From Raillietiella orientalis (lineage: Eukaryota): a stretch of DNA of 20,000 bases. Location of the stretch: positions 61,474 to 81,473 of the forward strand of contig JAYWIR010000130.1 of assembly GCA_036172245.1 (NCBI GenBank), written 5' to 3'. This document shows positions 1-10,329 of this stretch, in pieces (the stretch's first letter is position 1; each line of letters starts with the position of its first letter). The translations under genes were made by a program, and so were the position numbers. The notes below the pieces were generated by a model. The model had not been told where the DNA came from. It did no database searches and saw only the letters and a list, made by a program, of their open reading frames with translations.

Positions 1-2395
1 TCCTTTGTCCTCTTCTTCGATTCCACAGTGGAAGGGCAAACAAAAAGCCAGAAGCGGAGGATAAGGGCCGCGAAGGCGTTCCAAACCGCGGCCCGTTCCG
101 GCAAGTGAAACTTGCCTTCCAGGAACGGGCCGATCGCCGTCTCGACTTTTTGGAGGCAGATGGACCACGCTTCCGCAGAAGAGTAGTCCCCCAACGGCAC
201 ACCAAGGGTCTTGAAGCACCTCGCCGTGGAGATCCCTAGACGGACCCAGTCCTGCTGCCCTGCCCACGCCGCACCTATTGGCACAACCGACGTCTTCGCC
301 CTGTTAACCTGCAGTCCGGTCCCGCGCCTGAGCAGATCGAAGAAGTCTCCGACCGCCTTTGCCGGGGTAGACATTGGCAACAAGAGCAGACGATCGTCGG
401 CGTACGCTGCTACGGCGAACGTGCGGAGGCACGAGCTCGGCAAGGGGGCCAAAGTCACTCTGTACGCTCTCAGCACCAACTCAATGTAGGTGCTGAAGAG
501 CAGGAGGCTGAGGCTATCGCCCTGCCTTATGCCCCGCCGCACCGGCACGCCATACACCTTGTGGCCGCTGAAAGAGACGGTAATCATCGCATTCCGCCAG
601 CAAGAGCGCAGGTAGGAAATCAGGGAGGTTAGAAGCCCAAGCGACCCACGAGCTTCAAGAGAAGTTTCTGGTCAACACAGTCGAATGCCTTATGGAGGTC
701 GACTGCGATCGCTAAGGCCCCCTTCCCCGCATGAGGGTCCTTACCCCTTCCCACTGGCGGCCCCAATGTGGGGTTGCCGACTTTTCCTATCCCTTTCTTC
801 TCTCTTCTCTGCAGGTGCACCCATGTGCTTCAGAAGAAGAGGTTGGAATTCATACTTAGCCCGGCAACAGCATAACTCTGCTCCGGGCTAATTATGGATT
901 CTGCCACCTGCCCCAGACGCGAAGCCCATAGCCCTGCTATCAACTTGGCGTCCGTATTCACGATCGTGATCGGACGCCAGTTCTTTAAATCCCTGAGGTC
1001 TACCCCTTTCGGAAGGAGCCTCACTCTGGCTGACCGAAACGAGGCGGGAACATCGCCTTCGTCTCGGATCAGCCTGATCAACTTAAGCAGCAGGGGTGCC
1101 AACTCTTCCGCGAAGCTCTGAAAGAACTCCGCGGGCAAGCCGTCTTCCCCTGGAGCTTTACGCCTTTAGAGCCTTTGGATACCGGCGAGAATTTCGCCGG
1201 TGGTAAAAGGCTAGTCGAGTCTTTCCATCTCCTCCTCCCCTATTGGCAGGGCGCCATCCGGAAGCAAGCGCCGAGAAGCGTCTCGATCTGAGGGCTCCCT
1301 GGCGTAGAGAGAGGAATAAAAACTCCGCACGAGATGCCGTACCTACGCCGGGGACGAACATTCCCTGCTCTGGTCGTCCAGCAAGCTGGCCGACCCGGAT
1401 TGCCAGGCTTGGCGTTTGGCCCCAACGCGGTACTCGGCCATGCGACGGACATTAGGTGTTCTCTCGTAACTACGAGCCTGTAAATAGGCCCAATGTTTGC
1501 AAGGACCCTCGCCGAAACAGGGGAGCAGGCGGTCCAGGGGGAACTGCTCGCAGAACTCCCGGACCGAGGCCTTGAGAACGTCCCAATCCTAGAGATTCTG
1601 GAGCGTGACGCCTCTCAGGAATTCGCGAAGGTGTTCCTTCGCACCTGAAAGTCGCTTCCAGTCCCCGGGCAGACGCCAATCCCTAGATGGCGATCCCTTG
1701 TCGCGAGGCTGCATCTCGAAAATTAACCGGGAATGGACCGACCACGTCGACGCAAACCTCCCCCGTTTGCCGACCCGTGAACACAGGTCAGCGTCGAGGA
1801 AGACGTGGTCGATGCTACGGACCATTCCCCTCTCACCCGCGAACAAGTTGCGCGCACGCATGGCGGCGCACAACTCGTTCATCGCGTTCTCTTGTGTTTC
1901 TGGCTCACCTGTAAGCAGACGGAGATTGAAATCACCCGCTATCAGGTGAGCCTTCCGCACGTTCGTGTCCGCCAGCCAGTCGCGCTTCAGGGATTCCAGC
2001 AGCCTGGTGCGGTCGCTGTATCCCTGTTTACCGCTGGGGGCGTACACATTCGTGACGATCAGTTCTATCGAGTCGGACCAGCTGAGTATCAGCTGACCGA
2101 CCCGACCGTCGTCAGCGAAGCACACGCCCTTCACGGCAGCGTCGATGGCCGGCTTCACGAAGAACGCGACCCCGCAGGTTTTGCGGAGGCCGCATCGCCA
2201 ATACAACCGACCCCCCGCGATCGTCTCGATCTCCTGTGCGTCTGCCGCGGTGATCACGTTGATCTCCTGCTGCAGGGCCAGGTCGAGCTCACGCAGGGTG
2301 TCTGCCGTATCTCGCCTGTTACCGTCGTCGCGCAGCCCGTTGACGTTCCAACAGGCGGCGCGAATCCGACGGCGACTGGCGAGCCCAGGTGTCAT
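1..2395 (-). pseudogene. Element A ORF2 (APE endonuclease plus reverse transcriptase), disrupted and cut by the window edge
   Basis: ATG at 2395. EN motifs WNVNG, QQE, NVYAP, GDFN, IDH, SVH (for SDH). RT motifs KAPGEDGLPAEFF, WRPITIVNTDAK, VDLHKAFDCV, GIRQGDSLS, YADD (around 393-404). Stop at 1589-1591 and several frameshifts. Confidence 0.92.
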
Positions 2396-4145
2396 TCCTG
2401 GAAAAGCGGCTCTGCGGCGTCCTCCACCTGTTGGGGCGAGACGCTTAATGGAGCAGGAGGGACAGGTGCCTCGAGCACCTGGTCCCACTACTCCATCGGT
2501 GACGGGGCGTCGGGCGGGTCATCCTCCGGTTGGGTCGCGCCTAACTGTTGGCCCTCCTCCATAAGGGTGGGCTTTACAGGGTTTGCCCCGGCAAGGAGGA
2601 CTTCGTCCCCCTGCTCACCCTCCTCCATGGGGGTGACCTGCTCGACAACTTCCGCGCGTGGGATTTCCCCCTCCGGGATTCCCACGCGGCCGTCGGCTTC
2701 CTGCTTCTCCTCCTCGCTCGTGGAGGGGAAGCGCCTCCTCGGCTTTTGGGACTTGCGTCCCTTCTTCCGGGGGGTGCCTCCGACGAGGAGGATGCACTTC
2801 CGGACCCCAGGTCGCACTCACCTGCGGGGGCCTTCTTCGGCGGAGCCGGCCTGCGCAAGGCCTTGCGTGAGGAGTTCTCACGCTCGGCCAGCGTGGCCGC
2901 TAGCTCCTCCGCCGCCTGCGCGAACGCGGCGTCTTCGCTTTCGGCGCGCGCTTCGCGCGGCTCACCCTCTGTGCAAACAGAGGGTTCGTCGTCGCGAACC
3001 TCGGGCGCGGCGGAAACGGAGAGGGAAGGCTCGTCGCCCCGGGTGGCAGTCTCGGGAACGGCTATGCGCTCCAGTGCCACCGTACATTCCCGCATGGTCT
3101 TGGAGCGCGGCGCAGGTTCTTTCGCCTTGCCGGCTGTCTTGTTTACCGCTTTCGCGGGTTCTGCGGGGGGCACCTTTTTCTCCTTCCTGGCCTTGACAAG
3201 CTGCCAGCCGTTTTGAACTCCCGCGTATTCGTAAGGTTTTTCTTCCGACGCCAGTGTGGGAGGAACGGAGGCTAGCGGCTGCTGCCGGCGAGTATCTCTT
3301 TTTGGTCTTTCGACCACTTTTCCGCGTTTTGCCTGCGCTTTCTTTGCGGCAGGCGGCACCGGAGTAAGACGTTTAGGGCATAAGCGGCGCATGTGTCCCT
3401 TCTCCCCGTTTAAGTGGCACACAATGTTCGGGCACCGCTTGCGCAAGTGTCCTACTGCATTGCAGTAGCCACAAAAGCGGGGTTTCCCCACGTACCAGAG
3501 GTCTACGTCCTGGTCATTGACCTCTTGTTTGTGGGGAGGCCCACTATCCTTCTAAATGGTCACACGCGCGGCAGCCGGTTCTCCGAAAAGGCTATCGTAG
3601 CCATCGAAGATTGTGGCCTTTGGCCATAGCGCGTTAACATCGCCATATTTTCTTAACTGATCACCAACCGCAGACCGCGTCATGCGGCTGGTGATCCCTG
3701 TCAGATGGACCACTACGGAGGGTTCCATCGTGACTGGTAGGATCTTGCGTCCGTCCACGTTCAGCGGGGTGGTAATCAAGCTTTGCGCCAAGGTGATGTC
3801 CTTGCACACAACCTCGACGCGCTGACCCTTGCTGAGCACGGATAGACCGTCAAGATCCTTTTCTAACACGTTGGCGTTCTGCAACGCCCTCGAAAAAGCG
3901 CGTGCAGTTCGCCCATCAAAAAGGTTGCCTACCTTGTAGACTAGCAAGGGTTTATACCCCGTTTTCCTGTAGGCTTCCATCTCGGCCATGGCTTCAACGC
4001 TAGGCGCTGCCACCATGGCGCTCCATGACCTGGGCGTCGCCGGGGACGATTCCGGAGCGGATGCCCCTGATCCAGTAGGCTGTGGGGGAGAACAAGGATC
4101 ATCAACGCCTACTTCCATCGCGGTGTCCTCTGGCAACGCTGCCAT
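2392..4145 (-). pseudogene. Element A ORF1 (gag-like nucleic-acid-binding protein, two CCHC knuckles), disrupted
   Basis: Pieces 3552..4145 (MAALPEDTAMEVG...VVVHLTGITSRMTRSAVGDQLRKYGDV), 2574..3491 (CGYCNAVGHLRKRC-PNIV-CHLNGEKGHMRRLC) and 2488..2817 are collinear with G ORF1. Reading through the TAG at 2490-2488 continues to ...FQE-TGA at 2394-2392. Confidence 0.88.
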
Positions 4146-4197
4146 CGGACACCGACGATGTGCACGCACAAATCACTCAAGAAGAAACCACTCGCTT

Positions 4198-5430
4198 TGC
4201 CACGCAGGCGGAGCGCAGGAGAAGCACGTCCTCTCTGCACAGCGAGGATTTGGCGAAGGAGCTCGCTACGAACGCGCGTATTTGCACGCGCTTCGTCACG
4301 AGAGGAATCCCAATGTCCGTCGCATGGCCAAATACCGCGGCGGAGCCGAGCGACAAGCCAGGCAATCCGCGTCAGCCTGCATGCTGGATGACCTGGGCCG
4401 GGAACGTTCGTCCCCGTCTGCGGTACGGAATCTCGTGCGGTGTTTTTTTTCCTTCCTTTGCGCCAAAACATGACCCGAACGAGACGTCTCGGGGCGATTG
4501 CTCATGAGTGGTTCCGTGGCGATTGGGGAGGAGAAGAGGAAAGCCTCGATGAGCCTTTCACGACCGCTGAAATTCTCGCCGGTATCAAAAGTTTCAAGAG
4601 GCGTAAGGCGCCAGGGGAGGACGGCTTGCCCGCGGAGTTCTTTCAGAGTTTCGCGGAAGAGCTGGCCGCCCTGGTGTTCCAGTTGACAAGGCGAATCCGA
4701 GACGAAGGCGATGTTCCCGCCTCGTTTCGGTCAGCCAGGGTGAGGCTCCTCCCGAAGGGAGCAGACCTCAGGAAACTTTGCATCTGGCGTCCGATCACGA
4801 TTTTGAACACGGACGCCAAGTTGATTGCCGGGCTGTGGGCGTCGCGATTGGGGCAGGTGTCCATTTCCATAATTAGCCCGGAGCAGACTTACGCTGTTCC
4901 CGGGCGAAGTATGGAGGACAACCTCTTCTTCGCGAGCACATGGATGCATTCGCACGGAGTAAGACAGAAGGGAAAGGGAAAATTTGTAACCATACTTTGG
5001 GGCAGCCAGCGGGACAGGGTAGGGACCCTCATGCGGGAAAGGGGGCTTTAGCAATCGCAGTCGAGCTCCATAAGGCATTCGACTGTGTTGACCAGGAACT
5101 CCTCTTGGAGCTCCTGGGTCGCATGGGCTTCCCACTCTCCTTGATATCCTACCTGCGCTCTTGCTGGCTGAATGCGATGTTCACCGTCTTTTTCAGCGGT
5201 CACAAAGTGTATGGCGTGCCGGTGCGGCGTGGCATAAGGCAGGGAGATAGTCTCAACCCCCTGCTCTTTAGCACCTAATTTGAGTTGGTGCTGAGAGCGT
5301 ACAGGGTGACTTTGGCCCCCTTGCCGAGCTCGTGCCTCGGCACGCGAGCCGTAAGTGTTTATGTCGACGATCTTCTGCTCCTGTTACCTATGTCCACCCC
5401 GGCGATGATTACTGTCTCTTTCAGCGGTAA
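4198..5430 (+). mobile_element. Element B: ORF2 fragment (EN-RT linker to RT YxDD), pseudogenised, very similar to J
   Basis: ORFs 4440..5051, 4940..5278 and 5285.. encode KAPGEDGLPAEFF, WRPITILNTDAK, ELHKAFDCV, RQGDSLNP and YVDD. DNA is collinear with 13244-14300. Confidence 0.92.
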
Positions 5431-5432
5431 GG

Positions 5433-5780
5433 CTGGACTCGCCTTTTCGCGCGCAGTGTCTGCAAGTGGCGCCACTTATGCGCTCAAAGGACTCAGCTTG
5501 TGGGGATCCTTAATAGGATCTAGAAGACCTGTCCACGCCCAACGTGATCCCTACCCTGCCCTCCCACCCCTGAAACATCTGTTCCCCCCCCACTCACTTT
5601 TTAACTTTTTGTTTCTTTTTGTTTGTTATTTCCCATCCTCGCGCATTGGAAGGACATCACCGGCATTGAGCCGGCAACCAGCAAGCTGTTTTGGAGTAGT
5701 GGACCTTCGGATTCGCCACGCAACAATTAGTTGTATTTTTATTACACTGAAATGGATGCCCCGGCACATCCGGGTGTGAA
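5433..5780 (+). mobile_element. Piece B': last about 90 nt of ORF2 plus type III 3' UTR (same subfamily as I)
   Basis: Aligns with the reverse complement of 10330-10676. Stop TAG at 5521-5523, then C-rich and T-rich tracts, hairpins and terminal CCCGGCACATCCGGGTGTGAA. Confidence 0.88.
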
Positions 5781-7328
5781 TCGCCACGGCGCGCGTCACC
5801 ATGGACGACCGCAGTTTCATGCCTTCGCAGATCCTCCTCGGTGATGTCGTCGTCTATCTCCGGTTTGCCGGGCAAACCCCTGCTTGCAGCGACTGCGAAA
5901 AGGAAGGCCACCGTCCGCGGAAGTGCCCAACACGCCGTTGCCGATACTGTAAGCTGCTTTACCACTCGATTAACGAGTGCGCCGAGCTAAAACGTGAGAT
6001 GGGGGCGAGGAACCTTCCCGCAACATCGCCGTCCGCGTCGACTCCATACGCAACGTCGTCGGGTAAGAAATCCGGCGGGAACGAAGTTCCGCAACGGACA
6101 AGCAGGAAGTCCGATTGCGCGGGCGTGTATGGGAGCAATGCTCCTATAAAGCCGACGCAAAAGGACAAGAACCTTCAGCAAGCTGCTTCAGTGAAGCCCC
6201 GAGCGACCCAGCCCGCCGATAACATCGGGCAGGCTGCGAAACCACCGCTTCCATCCGCTCTTGCTCCGAAGAGAAATAACAGTGGCACGCTCTGGAAGTA
6301 CAAAAAGAAATCGCGCTCCCCTTTGCCCGAGACATGCAAGCCGGCCACGGCGAGCCAGACGCCTGGAAACGCTGAAAAGCCTCGCTCGACTTCCGAGAAT
6401 ACTACCACTCTGCTCGCACCTTCCGGAAAGAAGGTGGAAAAGGCAGACGAGGCGAAGGAGACACTGGTCTCCATCGCCGTAACCGAGGACTTGGAAAGGA
6501 TTCGAAGGACACTAAAAGCCCAAGCGCTCAACCGAGGCAAACCATAAGGCGGCAAAGATGGCTGGACCTTTGTTGGGGGAAATAAGAAGGACCGCAAACC
6601 GCGCGATCCTTTCCACTTACCGATTAAAAAGGTAGGCCGGGTGAAGTGGCAGCCCCACGCGCCAAAAATCGTGCAAGAGAAAGCCTCTGCTGCCGCCGCG
6701 CGCGCCGTCGCAAACACCCGCGGCGAGAGGGGAGCTGTCGAAGCCGTGACCCCGAAAGGGGGATCAGTGACGAAGGCAGCCTCTAAGAATGCTGGAGCAG
6801 CTCCGGGCTGCAAGCAAAAAAAGAGGCAAGCGGAACTCCCGCCGCGCGCACGGAATTCGGACTCCGAGGTGGAGACCGAGGTCAGAGCTAAGGTTATCCA
6901 AGCCACCGGTCGAGGCCAGAGCTGCGCGCAGAGCAGAACTTGCCAAGCAAGAGCTTGATGCCAAGAACGGTTCCCGATGCTCCTTCGAGCCAATGGTCCT
7001 CGACTCCACCGAGCCTGCCGCGAACGGCGCGGCGGGGACAAGTTGCGCTTGCGCTACCTCATCCGCCGTGCTCCCCGCTGACGCCTTGCCGGACATGGCG
7101 AGGAACGCACCTCCATGTCCGTAGCTGCAATGCGCGGTCTTGCTTTTTCCTGTCGCGTCCGAGTGGCCTGTTGAAACGTCAACGGGCTGCAGGACAACGA
7201 GAAGTAGCGATTGGTTGCGAACGTCTTGCGCGACTTCGATCTGGCCCTGCTGCAGAAGATTCACGCAATCTTCGAGCAGCAAGCGGCAGATCTGCAAGTT
7301 CGCGCAGGCGGGACGCTCCATTGGAGGT
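5781..7328 (+). mobile_element. Element C: divergent subfamily; ORF1 knuckles and tail plus start of ORF2 endonuclease, truncated at both ends
   Basis: CSDCEKEGHRPRKC-PTRR-CRYCKLLYHSINEC in ORF 5801..6547. ORF1 tail ends at TAG 7122-7124. ATG 7130 gives MRGLAFSCRVRVAC*NVNGLQD...RDFDLALLQKIH...GGTLHWR. Confidence 0.85.
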
Positions 7329-8145
7329 CAGGCTCCAAAAAGCCGACGAGAAAGAGGAGCTCAGCGCTATGACCATCCGCAGCGGGGCTCAGTACGTTGA
7401 GGTCATCTGCAAACATGCAGAGTCGTTCCAACGACTGCTAAAAACCCCTGTGGTGCTGGGGGCACTCAGGCTCCTTCCCACTACGGTGGACCTCAGCATG
7501 GTGGTCTACCTGTTAGGAGAAACATCGCCGATACGGAAAGACCAAGTACGTGCCACGTTGAAAGAACAAGGAACGGTCCATGCTGTCTAAGAAGCCTATT
7601 CCTTTCTAGGACTATACTAAAGTTAAATGCAGCCTTACGGCTGCACGCACAACCGTCCGCGAGGGCTCTACTTTTCCCCACCAACTGGTGGCCGGCGGCG
7701 AAAGCGTCGTAACAGAGGTCTGTGACGTGGGGAAACCCAAATACTGTGGCTTGTGCAGCACGTCTGGCCACATCAAAAGTAGGTGCCCTAACGTACAGTG
7801 CAAAGTATGCAGGACATTCGGTCACACGAGGGAGGTGTGCCCACAATCCGCTGTGCACGTGGTTTCCGCGAGGAACCAAAAAAAACTCTCCCGGCCTCTT
7901 CAAAAAAGGCTGGCGGCGAATACTGCGGCTAAAGCTATGCAACCCACGCCCACGGTCCAGGACACAGCGGCGATCAGGGCAGCAAACGCCGAAAGAATAG
8001 AGTAAAGCCTCCAGGAGCCTGAATGGCAGGCAGCAACAACGAAAAAGAAAAAGTCTAAAAAAGAACCCCGACTTGAAAAGCCGCTCGCATACCAAAATAA
8101 AAACAAGCAAGGTAGCGAGTCTTCAAGAGAATGCAGCGTTGACGT
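7329..8145 (+). mobile_element. Element D: internal ORF1 fragment of another divergent subfamily
   Basis: GAQYVEVICK...MVVYLLGETSPIRKDQVRATLKEQGTVHAV and GKPKYCGLCSTSGHIKSRC-PNVQ-CKVCRTFGHTREVC are homologous to A and G ORF1. Contains in-frame stops. Confidence 0.85.
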
Positions 8146-8366
8146 TTATTACCCGGTTGCGACGGAACATTTATTAAAAAAACATCTGGGAACCGTGTTC
8201 CCAGGCAAGGGAACAAAAGATGGGGAGTAGATTCCCCGGCACGCAGGACGGGCACTCAGAGAGTACGGAACGGGGGGGAGGGGAAAATAAATAAATCAAT
8301 TGGGGAGGACGATGGGGATAGGCGTCTATAGTTCAGCCGTTCCTCTTCTCAGCCGCACCTGGATCC
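8146..8366 (-). mobile_element. Element E: very short 3' end (last ORF2 codons plus type II 3' UTR)
   Basis: Collinear with K 3' end (18132-18376): same hairpin series, AATAAA and degenerate terminal hairpin TCCGT-CGCAA-CCGGG-TAATAA. Confidence 0.8.
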
Positions 8367-8951
8367 TGCGTATGACAGTTGCGGGGAGAAGGAGTCGCTT
8401 CCCAACCTTATTGTCGATTGTGCTGCCCTCCGACCCCTTTGGGAACGGTTCGGGACGACCCTCGGGCTCCCTACGGGCAGCACACCCAGAGACGTTCTTC
8501 GGCCCCTCTTCGTGGAGGACGCACTGCAGCCAGCCGCAGCCATCGCAGCCTTGTGCTGCGTCCGTGGCTTCGTGGCGGCATGGAGCGCCGCCAACAACGA
8601 AGGAGTGAGTCCACAGGCGAGAAATGTCATCCCGTATGCACAACGCATCTTGCGGAGAGCTGCCGGATGGCCCAGCTTGGATATATGCGGAGAGACCTCG
8701 AGGGCTTTCTTCGAAGGATGGGCCCTCCTCACAGCGACCAGTGATACCTACCCTGCCCTCCAAACTCTTTTTGTATTTTATGTCTTTATTTTTCTTTTTG
8801 CTTCTTCCCCTCATCCCATTTCGCTCTCGGGGAGTGCCACGCCGGGCTGCGTCCCGGTGTCCTGACAGGTCCTGTGTTTACGGCCTTGCTGGGGCCTTGT
8901 ACCACGCATGTAGAGTTTATTAATAAACGCCCGGGCGCACCCCGATGATAA
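8361..8951 (+). mobile_element. Element F: 5'-truncated 3' end (degenerate ORF2 C-terminal zinc finger plus type I 3' UTR)
   Basis: DPAYDSCGEKESLPNLIVDCAALRPLW and IAALCCVRGFVAAWS...RMGPPHSDQ* match the J C-terminus. The 3' UTR aligns with 15864-16090. Confidence 0.88.
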
Positions 8952-10329
8952 CGCCGAAAAATGGAGAAAGACGGTTCATGGGAAACTCGTAGAAGGACTC
9001 GCGGACTGAGCTCTTCAAGTCGTCTCTGACCGCGAGTGACTGCAGATGGAAGCCTTACAGGAACCAGCGAAGATGTTGCGCTGCTCCTGCGAGGCGCAAC
9101 CAATCCATTGGCAGACGCCACGCTGTGGAGGGTGGACCTCTACATCGCAGGTGTATTTCTAGCACGAGCCGGAAATGATAGGAAAGTTCGGATGGCACTG
9201 CCCTTCGATTTCCAGCCCGCGAACACAGTTGGTTGTCGAAGAACATGTGGTCGATCCTCGTCTCCGTCCCGGCGTCACCGGCCAACAAGTTGCGCGCGTG
9301 GATGGAAGCGCACATCTCGTTGACCAGCTGCGTGCGAATGTCCGTCGCACCTACCAGCAGGCGGACGTTCAAGTCCCCGGCAATGAGGTGCGCCTTTCGC
9401 ATGTCTGCTTCGGCCAGCCAATCTCGTCGCAGGCCATTGGCGAATGCAGAGTGTTCCCCGCGCCTGTGGCTCGCGCCGGGCGCGTACACGTTGGTCACGA
9501 CGAGGTCGATGGCGTTGGACCACTTGGCAACAAGCTGCATGATCTGACCTTCCCCGTTGAAGTGCACGTCGGGCAGCGCATTAACGACGACTGGCTTCAG
9601 CATGAAAGCCACAACGCGGGTGCGGTCTCCCTTTCTCGTATCTAAGCCGCCCGCCTTCGATCCGTTCGATTTCCTTTGCGTCCTCTGCGTGGAGCACGTG
9701 CGTTTCCTGCAGAAGCGCCACGTCGAAGTTCCGCAGGCTGGTGGCCCCTTCTCTCCTCTTGCCGGCGTCGTGCAACCCGATGACGTTCCAACAGATTAAG
9801 CGCAGCCGCCGACAGAAGAAGAGTACACGTGTTGGTGTGTTTATGGTTGCTTCCCGTGCTTTACCTGCTGTTCAGAAGGCGGGAGTTGTGTGTCCATTGC
9901 GACGGGCTGTTCCTCGCAAGCAGTTGGTCCGTCGGTGGTTGTGGTGGAGATTGGAGGATCCTGTTTGGTCAGGACCGCCTCTAGAGAAGAGTCGCGAGAC
10001 CTCGTAGACATCGCATCCCCGTCGTCGTGGTCCGACCTCATTTCCTCCTCCGACGGTGGAGGTACGGAGCGCCGCGAGTTGCCTTCCTTGCGGCCCGCTT
10101 TGCGCATCGGGAGAGCGACAGCCGGAGCGTTGCCGGATTCGGCTTCGGACTCGGAAGTTTCAGGTCCTTTCGCCCCAGTCGTACGTTTTAAGGCCTTCTT
10201 CTCGGCCTTGGGAGGTTGCTGGTGCATGGCTGCGAACTCTTTCGCCGCCTTATTGAAAGTCCGGTCGTCGCTGCTCACGCTGGGCTCGCGACTTTGTCGC
10301 GGCGTCGGCGTCCGCGCGGCGGCAGGTTG
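8946..10329 (-). mobile_element. Element H: ORF1 C-terminal tail plus ORF2 APE endonuclease, truncated at both ends
   Basis: ORF 9841..10278 is a low-complexity ORF1 tail. It is followed by ICWNVIGLHD, LLQETHV, NVYAPG, GDLN, RIDH, SYH and WRLP, with frameshifts. Confidence 0.88.

Larger units (their letters stand above)
1..4197 (-). mobile_element. Element A: L1/Tx1-like non-LTR retrotransposon with apparently complete 5' end; 3' part runs off the left edge
   Basis: Order on the minus strand: short 5' UTR ending TCGTCGGTGTCCG-ATG (shared with G at 16195-16210), ORF1 with zinc knuckles, APE motifs, RT motifs. Multiple stops and frameshifts. 5' boundary approximate (4190-4197). Confidence 0.93.

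Noticed and set aside
1805..3196. 463-aa + strand ORF and other long antisense ORFs (2548..3216, 6175..7041, 17494..18138)
   Set aside because: Shadow frames of GC-rich ORF1/ORF2, with no motifs and no evident conservation between A and G.
5751..5780. Terminal motif as a tRNA, snRNA or rRNA target fragment, as for some Tx1 families
   Set aside because: I recognise no such RNA. The motif lies inside the TSDs of J and K and varies with subfamily, so it belongs to the element.
5524..5780. Repeated 3' UTRs as LTRs or terminal inverted repeats (5524-5780 versus 10330-10585)
   Set aside because: They are 3' ends of separate LINE copies, each directly after an ORF2 C-terminus. No integrase, transposase or primer-binding site is seen.
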